From the NCBI GenBank assembly GCA_964247055.1, contig OZ176059.1:2418001-2482000 (forward strand): a DNA stretch of 64,000 bases, written 5' to 3'. The first letter of the stretch is position 1. Every line of letters begins with the position of its first letter. Shown in pieces: positions 37,401 through 50,200 of this stretch. The notes under the pieces are model-generated. The model was not told where the DNA came from, made no database searches, and saw nothing but the letters and a program-made list of their open reading frames with translations. This stretch comes from Paragordius varius (taxonomy: Eukaryota; Animalia; Nematomorpha). The position numbers and the translations under genes are program-made.

Positions 37401-40400
37401 ATTCATATTGATAATAAAGAGTTATATTAGCCCGAAAACACAATTTATTTTAGGGTGAATTAGAATTGTTCAAGGGTGAATGAATTGTTTAAGGGTTGAA
37501 TTGTTTAAGGATGAATTTGAATTGATGTGATAAAAACTCTTTGGTGTGCCTGGTATATAACAATCATATTATCCTTTAACAAATTTATATCAATATAAGA
37601 TGACACAAGTTTATTATATGAAGTTAAAGATATTCACAAACTTATTATATGATGGTTTTTTGATAAGATAAAATAAAATTTTAAGCTAATCAATAATCTT
37701 TTAAAAATAATTAATAGCATGCCCAAGCATATCCTGTCCGCCTGGCCTAACATGTCCAAACGGATTTCAAACCGATTCCAATGGTTGTCCCACTTGTAAA
37801 TGCTGTAAGTTTATCTATATATGCATATGCTTATTACAAACTGGTACAGTTTTTCGTTTCATTTAGTGAGTTCAAGAGTGTCCTTGAACTCAAGTGGTTC
37901 TTGACACTTTTATTGTGTTTTTACTCTTATCAATCAAACCGTGTATTATTCATCTATTCATTTTTAACCTATACTTTTGATTTAATATAAACGTTAAAAA
38001 TAATCAACTTTTAATCATTCAAAAACCGTGTGGTAAAATCCAAAAATAAAAATTTTAAGGACTACTTAAAGTGCTCAAGGACACTTTTGAATTGCAAATG
38101 GTTTATCTTAATTATCGGTTTCAGCTTTGACTATTTTTTTTTTTTGGGGGGGGGGGGGGGGGGAGAAAATACGGTTGAAAAATTAATAGTCCTTAATTTG
38201 GCTAAAAATGTTTCTGATCTATAATTCTGATTTTAGTCATTTTTTTCCACTAGAGTTTACTGACTTATTATCATTATGACGATTATACCATTAGCCTCAA
38301 AAATGACAATGTTAAATAAAATACTTTTGCCGCCGAAATATTTCTGCAATCCGCTAGAAATTTCAAACACAAACATTTACGATATCTGAGCAAAATTGTT
38401 TTTTTAAGAAAGTCTTTTGAATTAAATCTTTCTGAATTTTGATGAGCTAGCGAAAATTGTTAAATAAATTATACTACAGTTTCGCGTTTAAAACCTAAGA
38501 AAATATTCGTTAATGCCTATTGATTTTGCGAATGCAGCCCATCGACATTTTTCAAACCAAATATGTCGCCCGCGAGGCCATTTAAACGGCTTTGTTCAAA
38601 CTTTATGTAAATGATTGCGGAAATAATGAATATATTTCATTATTCAGATTGAAAAAAAATTAAAGCATAGTTTAAGACAATTTTAAATTTTTCGGCTTAT
38701 TTCACAATTTAAGGAACTAATTGAGGGGTGTATAAAATGTACTGCATCAATAAACACCCAAAATATGTTTCTATTATAGTAAAAATTCAAGTTATAAACG
38801 TAAAATTGAAAAGACAAATATTATTTTAACAAAGCCAACTCGAATAGGGGTAGTCAGAAGGTCAAATTAAATATTTTAAAAAATAAGGAATAAATATAAA
38901 CCATGGCAAAAGTTTGTATTTGCGTAACATTGATGAATCGAAATATAGAGAAAATTCACTCAAAAATACTTGATATTACTTATACAAAGGTAGTAGCATA
39001 ATTTTAAATTGGAACCGTTCAATGTTTTTTTAAAATATCAACTTAAATATTGACCAGGGTATTTAGATACCCCTTCTTGAATCAAAATGTTAAAGCGTTT
39101 ATTTTTCTTACATAAATTCTATGATTTACGTAATTAATTCTTTTTTTGCAACATAAAACAATAGATTCTGATAGGTTAAAAAAGAATTTTAGTCTCCTCT
39201 ATTCATCATTTTCTTGGGGAATCTTATACCCCAGGACCATTTAAGTTTTAAATATATTAAAAAATATTTTTTCCCCAATGTTAAATTTTAAAATATGCTT
39301 ACTTTAGTCACATATGTCTAATACAAATTTTAGTTTTTTGCTCCTTTTTTTCAATCATGACAGACATATACATAAATATTATAATTAAAATATATAAATT
39401 ATTAACTATGAAAAGCTTTTACTAACAATTTACCGCAAATTTTAGATATTTATTGATTTAAATATCAGCTGTTTGTTTCAATCCTTGGAGCTATCTGAAT
39501 TTGTAAATGATGTTGGAATCGTCGTAAAATAACGCAACTTATATTATATATATTTTTCTTAACTAATCTCCTGATGATGCCTATGGCGAAAATTGAGAAT
39601 TGTTAAGTTATATTTTATTTTTGCGTTATTTTACGACTCATATTATTATACTTCATGGTTTATTGAGGCAATTTTTTAGGTAACACATGCCCTTGTGTAC
39701 AACTAATGATTTTACAGATCATTACCAACAAACGCTGGACTACATCAGGGTTCAGTCCTAAGTCCACTCCTTTTTATTACTATAATGGATGCGGCAACGC
39801 AAGACATAAGAAGTGAATGCCCTTGGGAAATGTTATTCGCCGACGACCTCGTGATAACGACACGATCATGGGATCAACTGGTAAATACATATTCCAAGTG
39901 GAAGAAATGCCTTGAACAATATGGAATGATCATAAACGCCACAAAAACAAAAATAATGATAACGGGTGAAAGTGAAACACCCAGATACCCCTGTTCCATT
40001 TGCAGTAAGGAAGTACGTTCAAATTCCATTAAATGCATATCATGTCAATTGTGGGTACACAAAAAGTGCTCTAAAATAAAAGACAAGTTAACAAATGTAA
40101 TAAATTTTAAATGCTTAAATTGCTTAGACCCAAACAATAATAATTTTAATCGACCAAAGCTACTTAACATTGATGGACATGACATCGAATTGGTTGACTC
40201 TTTCGTATACCTAGGAGATGTCATATCATCTCAGGGAAGCCCACAAAAGGCTATCAAAAGAAGAGTACAACAAGGTTGGATAAAATATAATCAATTAAAA
40301 TATGTTTTCCAAAACAAAAATGTTAACAATCGTAATAAATGGTATCTTTACAAGGCAGGAATAAGACCTGCTCTTACCTATAGTTCTGAAACCTGGGCAT

Positions 40401-42547
40401 TAAACAAAACAAATCAAACAAAACTCCTAACCAGTGAGAATCGAATACTCAAAAGCTGCTTTCGTACACAAGAAATACCAATTTTCATTAAAGAAAACGA
40501 TAAAATCGATTATATAATTCAAACAGATTGCGTCTCTACGGTCATACTCAGAGAAAAGACGCCACCCATCCTTTAAAAACTGTTGATAACATTAATGTTG
40601 ATGGCAATAGAAGAAAGGGACGACCACTCTTTTCTTATAATGATAATATAAAAATGGACTTGAATCAACGTAGCCTTTCCACAGAACAATGTAAAGATCG
40701 TAATTTATGGAGGAAACTACTTCGTGGATACATAACTCCGAATATAGAGTCCTAAAATTATCCATCCATCCATTTTACGACTCACAACATCATTTACATT
40801 ACGAACCCTCGTCGTTACCCACTCAATTATATCTGAGTTTGTTTTAGAAGTCATAAACTGTAAACTTTTACTGTTTTTTATAAACAAGATGGTTTTAATA
40901 ATAAAATATCAACAGCAAAACAACTTTAAAAACAATAGTTTGAGTACTACTTTAAACAGACTTTTAAAACTACCTTAAAATGTCATTTCGAACCATGAAA
41001 TGAATATGTAATCAGGAGTATGTAAAAAAAATTTGTTTTTTGGCGTTTACGTTTTATCATTATGATATTATATATATATATATATATCTAGTGTGTCCCC
41101 CGTTTACATGTCCGGGTATATCGTGTCCCCAAGGCTTTCTTACAGACGCCAATGGATGTCCCCTTTGCAGATGCAGTTAGTTATTTTTTCAACATTAAAT
41201 TTATTATTTTCGTTCATTTAAGTGATCATGAATTTTTTTATAACAATCAAATAAAATAATTACATTATTAAAAAAATAAATTTTTATGTTGAAAGGGTGC
41301 CCGAATGTATCATGTCCCTTGTTCTGTCAACAAATTACTGGTTCAAATGGTTGTCCCGTGTGCGATTGTATAAGTAATTTTTTTCTTTAATATTATAAAG
41401 TAAAAACTAAAAAAGTTTTTAGATATAAGTTTTAAATTGCTAATACACTAATCAATATATTAAACATTTTATTCATAATTTTTACATCAGGGTTAAAAGA
41501 GAATGGTTTTTTAAAATATTTCTTTAATTTCGTTTCCCTATAATTTGAATTTTAATCGTACGTTTGTTTTTATTTAAATATTTGATTCGTCATTCAATCA
41601 TATGTTAACATTTTTACTGCTTGGTTTAACACTTGGATACAACACACTCATTTTAGTCCGATTCAAATTGGGGTAGTTGGATACCCCAGGCCTGTTTAAA
41701 ATCAAATACTTTAAAAAGTATGGAAGGAATCGGAACCATGACAAAATTTTGCACTTATATAACATTAATAAACCGAAATATATAAAAAATTTTATTCAAA
41801 AATAATTGATATTACTTATTTTGAGCTAAAACTGAAAGGTAAAAATTTAGCCAACGTGACATGTGTCGAATTGTAATTAAAAAATAATACAAAATAAACC
41901 GCTTTTTCTATTTCTATCAATGTTAAATATAATTTATATAAAACATAAGCTTTAGTTTTACCCTTAAAATTAAATGAAGACGATATTTTGCAAAAAAATA
42001 AAAATGGCGTCGAAGTAGTTTGAGATGGAACTTTTTTTCAAAACAAAATTTTATCAAGATATTTTGGCATATTTATATAAAATTTATCAGGATAAAAGCA
42101 TGAATTTAAATTGGGACCGTTTCCTTCAGTAGTTTTTTAAAAATTTTAATTAATTTTTTAGTCTGGGGTATTTACCCCAATTTGAATCGAAGTGTTAAAA
42201 TACGAATGCACAACATTCAATACTTTATGTGCGGGTCAAAAAATTATATAATTTGCATAAATGTTCCCACAAAATCTTTTTTAAATTGATATTTATACAA
42301 TTTTTTAAATACGTATATCCTATTGGCAAGAAGAAATAGAGACAAATGTTATATTGTGTTTTCATTTTACAGTTTATGTATGAAATATAAATAAATCATT
42401 ATGGATGCCCATATAAATTTTGCATACGGTCCGCTAAACGTTTGAGTAAAAAATGCGGCCTGTAAAGTTATGTTAACTACCCCTGGTTTAAAAGATCAGA
42501 ATGGTGATTATTTTATGGACAGAATATCGGAAGCTAATTTTTTTAAA

Positions 42548-42594
<47 letters not shown>

Positions 42595-44076
42595 ATGTAT
42601 ATAATACCATTTAAATAAAACTGTTAAAAAAATAATTGTATTCTTTTATCAATGTCCAATTTTGACTGTAAAATGAATACTGATTGGATATTAGGTGGTT
42701 GTCGCTGTCCCATAAGATGTCGAACATTCACAAGGCGATTTGATCCAGATCGATGTCCGCCCTGCTGTTTTGAATGTAAGACATTGTTTTAAAACTTTGA
42801 TTTAAAAAAGTAATTATTCATTTTTTTCCTATTTTGAAAATATAATTTAATATGATAATGCTTTTATTGATCCTTAGGGTTATATCATTAAAGAATTCCT
42901 TTTATAGGCCCGTTTTTGAGGTCATGTAAGAATAGGCGATAAAAAACTCAAAAGTATTGGTAGTCACCAAAAAAATTTTTTAGGACCTGAAAAATAATTA
43001 TCTTGACTCAAGGGTCGTGATAAATTTTTATAGCTGTTTGATACGTGAGATATTTAATAAATATTTGGGGCCACTGAAAAGTTTTAGGGCCCGGTTGGCC
43101 ATTAGTCTGAAGTAATAATTTATGTATTATGATTGAATGTGAAAATACCAGCTAGTGTTTAAAAAATAAGCATTTAGACCCCAATTCCTTACAATTAAAA
43201 CATTAAAATATTTTTAATTTCTTTCAAAGGACTTAAATATTTCCGATAACTCTTATGAGCAGCTAAGTGTTGAAAATCGAGTTTTACCTTATTCATAGAT
43301 TTAATGCAAAATGACGTAGTATTATTTTTTTAAATTTTGCAAATTGTTGTTTGTCCAATACTATATATATATATGACACAAACTGAATTATACATATATA
43401 AAAAATAGCTGTATTTATTATACAAATTAAAAATGGTAATATTTGTGTGTAATATTTATATTAAATTTCATCACCTTATGGGGTAGCTTTATACACCAAG
43501 GCCATTTAAATTTTTTTATCTTAAAAAAGTTTTTGGCTTCGGGCCTTTAAAAATATGCTTTCTCTACCCGTTTAGTGGCATACTTAAATACTTTGTCTAA
43601 AAATTATAAAATTTTAAGAATTCCTTCAAACATTTCCGCCTCCATTTTTTTATTTTTTTAATCTTGAATACAACAGGCAAATAATTGTTATAAACTTAAA
43701 TAACTTCGAAAAGCTTTTAAATAACAATTTACTTGTAAAAATATTTATATTTATCGATATTATTATCAGTTTTTTGCTTCTATAATGTTATAGTCCTATC
43801 CTAGGGACTATAGACGTTAAAAAACTGTAGACGTTTCAAGTTTATCATTATACACAGGATCCAAGGGTTTGATAATTAAATTTTAAGCAAAACGACTTTT
43901 AAGCTTACTACTTTAAGCGATGGGGTGGAAAAATCCCCCATAATGTCATCACTTACAAAAATTTTAAATGATATATAGTGTCGCTATTTATACATTATTT
44001 TATAGTATTTTCTCCAGATGAAATAATTGAAGGGGGAAGTGGAGGTAATAACAATAATACTACCAACACTGTATGA
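34436..44076 (+). CDS. Secreted multi-antistasin-domain cysteine-rich protein (~211 aa; signal peptide, 5 antistasin-like modules and 1 atypical Cys module)
   Basis: Exons 34436-34523 (MMIHFGIQIITVYHLFWLILSQEP..., hydrophobic leader), 34570-34647, 35355-35435, 37718-37804, 41092-41175, 41296-41373, 42695-42775, optional 42908-42925, 44018-44076 (TGA; AATAAA at ~44083). All introns are GT-AG and phase 1. Modules such as CPSISCPPGLTCPNGFQTDSNGCPTCKC fit the antistasin consensus CxxxxCxxxCxxGFxxDxxGCxxCxC. Confidence 0.88.
34690..34920. mobile_element. MITE family with ATACGGACAAAAC...GACAAATA...GACAACCATAC arms; further copies at ~47400-47950, 59130-59400, 61995-62280, 63625-64000
   Basis: Recurrent inverted blocks AATTATACGGACAAAAC / GTTTTGTCCGTATAATT and AAAGACAACCATAC / GTATGGTTGTCTTT. 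Confidence 0.65.
37872..38092. mobile_element. MITE whose termini are related to the fold-back element at 59455-61620
   Basis: Inverted ends TTCAAGAGTGTCCTTGAACTCAAGTGGTTCTT / AAGGACTACTTAAAGTGCTCAAGGACACTTTTGAA. Confidence 0.65.
39641..40771 (+). mobile_element. 5'-truncated RTE-clade non-LTR retrotransposon (reverse transcriptase remnant with PHD-like Zn finger), in intron 4 of the antistasin-like gene
   Basis: GLHQGSVLSPLLF...MLFADD RT motifs and C-terminal LRLYGH...GRP. (ATCC)n 3' tail. 13-bp TSD ATTTTACGACTCA at 39628-39640 and 40772-40784. Frameshifts near 39720 and 40530-40570. Confidence 0.92.
41630..42194. mobile_element. piggyBac-like MITE with TTAA target sites; related inverted partial copy at ~29040-29350
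   Basis: TTAA at 41626-41629 and 42195-42198. TIR CACTT...CGATTCAAATTGGGGTA...TACCCCAG mirrored at the right end. Confidence 0.65.
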
Positions 44077-45492
44077 CACAATAATAAACCTGCAATCAAA
44101 TTTGCAATAATATAGACAATTCAATTTCCTTTGATTTATTGGCTCCGAAAAACTACAGATATCATACATTAACCAATATCCTAAAATAAATTAATTCTTA
44201 TTATGCATAATATATATAAATTATGTCCTTATAAACTGGGTAGTATTTAATATGATGCCGTCTGTGTGAAAATACATAAAAATGGAATATAAGGGACTAA
44301 TAATGAAATATAATTTTGATATAATCGTTTACAATGTAAATAAAAATTAGTTAGTAATTTATTTCGATACAAACGTTAGTAATTTTTTAAAACTCACTGT
44401 CAAACTTTTATAATTTATTATAATTATTTTTTTCTTATCATTCTTTTGGGGGCAGTTTTCTTACTTAGAGCAATTAAAAATGTGAATATATTCAAAGAAT
44501 TTTAGATATGGGGCCCAATTTTAAAATAAACATTTTTAACCTGTTGAGCGCCTGATTTAAAAAAAAATTTATAAAATGCCAAATTGTAGGAAACTCAAAC
44601 TTTTTCGCCACTAGATTATTTGTAAAGAGTTAATGCAAAGGCCAATCATGTATTGTGGGTAAAAAATGTAAATCAAATTAGATAACATTTTTACAAAAAT
44701 TGCACCGCAAATTTGTCTATATTTTTGATAAAAAAGTCAGCTGCTTATTCAGTTTGGTTTTGGAGACATGACTAAAAAGTGCAAAATATATAACTTTTTA
44801 TCAAATAAAGTAAATATTTTTAAAATTTAAGTGAAACAACCATTAAAACACTAGTTTCTTAAAAGATTTTGCTCCTGGCTACAAAAATACCCCAAAATGT
44901 ATTATCACCCCCAAAAAATGATAATCAGGTGTTTTATATTTTAAACTGTTTTCCACCCTAATAATATCTGCTATGAAGTTATAATATATTTCAAAATAAG
45001 GCGCATATATTTACATCCATAATAACTATATTTTACCCATCATATATTTAAGAATTGTCCCAATATATTGCGTTAAAAATTATAGCCGTATAATTTTTGC
45101 AACAAAGCGGAATTGACTTTTAATTTCTACAAAAATCTATATAAATAATTCAATGTAGGTAAAAGAGGTTTATACATCAAGCACTGTTGATGCTTTTTTT
45201 CTGCATCGAACTGTACACTATGAGCAAGTGTATTTTGCTAAAAATTTATTAGCCAATAATACTGCCCTTTGTTGCATAGGCTATTTGGCAATAAATAATA
45301 ATTTTCTAGCAATGTATACTTACCAAAACGTAATAATATTAAAAAACGTTTTAGATTATAAAAAAGAATATTTTTAAATATTACATTTTCCATTTTTTTG
45401 TAAAAATTGACTTGGAAAATATAAAAAAATCTGTCAGCATCAAACTCTTGGTTGGTAGACCCGCGCTTTGAGATACTCATTCGAATTTCAAT

Positions 45493-47202
45493 ATGTCCTC
45501 CTCTCTCAAGAGTGTTTCCCCATTTTCATACCTGAAACAAAATCCACATCATAAAGAATTTACATATATTATCAGCCAGAAACGTAAAATTGTATTTTTT
45601 ATTTTTAGTTCCATCAACATCACATACATGGGAAGAAGTTTTACGGAATCATTTATTAAATACGCCGGCTCCTGTCTATTTTTTTAAACATGTAATATTT
45701 TCATAATTTCAATATGTTTTTTAAATTCTTTAATCTTTATCTGGTTTCTCTAGTTACCGTTATCAGATGGTTGGGATCAGGTCAAACCTGGTTTAAAAAT
45801 TGAAACCATTAATATAGACAGTGATTTAACCCTGCAAGGTTATTGGATCTCAACTATTATCAAAGTTTTTGGATATTTTGCTCTTATCCGTTATGACGGT
45901 TATGAGGATGACAGTAGTCGAGACCTTTGGATAAATTTAGCCAATCCTGATGTACATGAAGTTGGTTGGACCTCGAACCATTGTCGACAATTGATACCAC
46001 CAAAATGTAAAACATGAATTTAGTTTATTAATTTTAACTCAATCTCGGAACTAGATTAAAGTTTTAAAGCTTTTTTTTAAATTTTTTTTATAATTTTGAT
46101 TACTAAAAAACCATATTGTTACAAAATTAATAAATAATTTTATATTTAACTTATTTTATTGGAAAGATAATATTTATATGCTTTAACTTAAATTATTGAG
46201 TAAGTCCATACTAAAAAAATATGATTTTACCCATCATTTTATATTAAAATTTATTAGCATTATTATTTCAATAATAATTTTAGTTTGAAATTAAAATATG
46301 ATATTACCCATAATTTTATTTTCAAATTATTGATATTAGAGCAGGAGGGGGGCAAACGCGGCTCGTTATGGCGGCCCTCAAAAATTTTAATATTCACATA
46401 ATTTTTAAAAATATTTAGCAAAATCAACGTTTCTTGGACAATTTTTTAATACTTTTTATATTCGATTGGCATGAACTGGACTAATTGTTATATGGTGTGT
46501 TTGCATTCTACAATTTTTCATACTTGAAATCTATAATAAATTTATATGGGTTATTTTAAAGGCGGCTCGCTAAGCCATTTGGGTTGGATTACCCCTGCAT
46601 TATAGAGTCTTTAATTATTTTTAACGCTAAAATATTCATATTTTTTATCTTTCATCTATTAATATCTTTATATATTTTGTAAAATTAAATTTTTTATTTT
46701 ACATATATTTTTATAGCTATCCAAGATAAATTTAGTGATTGGAAGAATTTTTTGATGAAAGCCTTGGTTGGGGCTAAAACATTACCCTCAAGTTATCATG
46801 ATAAGGTGCATTATATATAAATAATTTAATTTTATTTCCGCATAACAATCCTTTTTTATAATTTTAAATTTTAATTTTTGGTTTTCTAAATGTCCTTATT
46901 CTATTTATTAAACTAATATATGTTTTACAGAATTTTGAATGAATATGTTTTTTTTTCGTAATTTTTATGTGCAATTTTATAATTTACATCTTTTTACTTT
47001 GGTCGTAAAAAATTAATATAATTAACATAAGCTAATTGGTAATTTATAAACAATACACTATATAATTTTAGATAACAAGTTACATTATTTTTTGAATGCC
47101 AACCTTTTATTAGCTTGAACATAAGACAATTGATATAATTTCATATATTTTCCTGTTTCAATTCCTAACTTATTGCGTTTTTGGAGTCTTTTTATGTAGT
47201 TA

Positions 47203-47271
<69 letters not shown>

Positions 47272-50200
47272 CATTTCCTGTATTGATAAGTTTGAGAGAC
47301 GGTTACTAATTTGAAGAAAGGTATAATAACTAAAATTGAATTGATATGGACAAAACATATACAAATATAAAGACAAATATTTTTTTTCAAAAGACAACCA
47401 TACTTGTTTAACTTTAATTTTTCCTATATAAACTATGTATAATAAAAATTGTAAAATATTTAATTGATTATGTTAACATTATACATCGCTATTCTTTACT
47501 TTTCAATTTTAAACAATGAGTTAAGGATTTTAAAAAAGTATGGTTGTCGTTTAGAAAAAATATTTGTCTTTATATTTTAACGTTTGGTCCGTATAATTTT
47601 TATTTTTATTATACCAGTTTTAATTAACTAATTTATGCACTTATCAACCATTAAACAGTTTGTATTTTAAAAACCTATAAACACTTTTATAGTAAAAAGT
47701 GAAATTATGCGGACAAAACGTTAAAATAAAAGGACAAATATTTTTTTATAAAAAACAACATTTTTTAAATCTAGATTTATATTTGAATGGCAAAGTGTGA
47801 AATAGAGATGTCTAACACTAACACAATCAATTTTATATTTTACAATTGTAACTAAATAACGTTTCAAAAGTATGGTTGTCTTTTAGAAGAAATATTTGTC
47901 TTTAAATTTTTATGTTTTGTCCTCACGTATAATTTCAATTTTTACTGTACAAGACCGTGTATGACTGACCGCATGTTAAAGCGGTTATTAGTCCGGTTAT
48001 TGTATATTTGCATCGGTAAACTTGGCTTGATATAACCGGTTATAACTGTTTGTTTACATGCAACAATTAGAGCAGTTATGGATATTGGGTAGCGGTCTAA
48101 AACCCGATTGTGAGATTTTTCATATTTGCGACCTTATCCGATTATTTTTTGATAATTGTTAAAAGTTTTGTTATTTATTAAATGGTGTTATGATGTTTTT
48201 TACAACGGGTATCGTTGGTTATAACTGTTGTTTGTGTAGTGTTGAGAACCTCGTTATTATTCATGAGATATTAAACCGGATGGTATCAATTGACTAGTTA
48301 TAACTGTCATTTTTTTCTTCAAAGTAGTAATCAGATTCCGTTTTATTAATTTTAACATAAAATATATTCTATTCATTTTTATTACATTCCAAATTATAGC
48401 TAAATTGTTTGTTGGAATGTCGTTTCAAAGTTGGTCAACGCCTTGAAGTGTATGATCGTGATGATATTTCAGCCATGAGACCAGCTATCATATCTGAGAT
48501 TCAAGGATGTCGCTTACGACTTCAATACTTACGTAGGGGTCGTGAATGGCCCCGTTCAACTAACATAACGAATTTACCTCATCCCAAAGGTTTTTTTGGT
48601 TTTATCATACTTTTTTTTTCATTCTTCACATTACTTATATCGCTTTTTTTAAATAAAAATTACTTGAAAATATTGGTCTTTTATCTGTTTTTAATATTTT
48701 CATATAAATTGAAATATATAATGTTTAATATACAAGGCTATAATGGTTATGACTTTGATTCTATCTTGTAACTTAACTGTGATGTATTTAGATGGGCTAA
48801 ATAAGTTTTTTACTTAATTTTTGACATTTTTTTGATTTTTAAACCAGTGATGTCCGACAACACGCTTTTTTCGGTATACAAAACTGCTTTAATAAATAGA
48901 TGTTAAAATAATTGAAAATGTTGTATAACAATCAAAAATTTACGATTATTTAGAGGATATATAATCCAAAATTAGGCTCGGGCTCAAGATTAAAAAATAA
49001 TAAATATCAAATCGGCCGTGAAGATATTTGTGTTTGACATCTCTGGTTTAAATGCTAAAATAATTTTAACTTATAAGTCCATACTATTAATACGGGTTTA
49101 AGATAAATTTTATTTAATTACCATAAGCATATATAGTATTTAGCGATCAGTCAGTTATAACTCCATTACCCTCCCCCCCGCCCCCCTTTAAAAAAATTAG
49201 TTTTTAGACCAAGTGTTCTACTAAACTTTTTATGTTTAGATATAAAAGAGGATGTTGATCCTAACACTGAAGATTTTTGGTGTCATGCAAATTCACATAA
49301 TATACACCCTGTTGGCTGGTCCCTTGTTATTGGACATCGTATTAATGCTGATAAAAGTTAGTGAGTGTGGTTATGAAATTTTATTGCATATAGTTTTTTG
49401 CAGAAAAAGGAAAGGAAAATTGTTTATTATTTAACATTTTGTTATATTTTTTCCATACACTACTGTCCTGTGTTGCAAATTGCCCTACTATAGTGTTGTG
49501 AAATAACCATTTACTGTATATAGAAATTTTGTTTTATATAATTTTTTACAGGGAAAAAAGAAAGGAAATTGTTTATTATTCAACATTTTATTATTTTTTT
49601 CCATACACTACTGTCCTGTGTTGTAAATTGCCCTACTATAGTGTATGTTAAATAAGCAATCATTATAATGCATACTATATATAAAAATTTTATTGCATAT
49701 AGTTTTTTGCAGATAAAAAAGGAAAATATTGTTTATTATTCGACATTTTGTTATTTTTTTCCATACACTACTGTCCTGTGTTGCAAATTGCCCCCTACTA
49801 TGTGAAATAAACAATCATTAAAATGCATACTATATTTAGAAATTTAGTTTTATATAATTTTTTGCAGATAAAAAGGAAAAAATTTATTCAACATTTTGTC
49901 ATTTTTTCCCATACACTACTGTCCTGTGTTGCAAATTGCCCTAATATAGTGTATGTTAAATAAGCAACCATTAAAATGCATACTGTATATGTATATATCA
50001 TTATAGAATATATGGTAGAATCCAAGAAATTTTATTTGAATCGCCAGGAAGATTTGTGTTCAGGGGGCCAAAATATCCACAATACCAATTCGTACGTTGG
50101 ATTCGCACCCTTTGAAAATTTTTGTTTGCCAAAGGTTATTTTATTTAACAAAGCTTGATAAAATTATTTAGTTAGTTTACACTTATATAATATTTAAGTA

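Noticed and set aside
45238-45533. Minus-strand acceptor followed by YENGETLLREEDILKFE*, and ORF 45238-45480
   Set aside because: No partner exons were found and it overlaps the likely MBT first exon; cannot be supported without transcripts.
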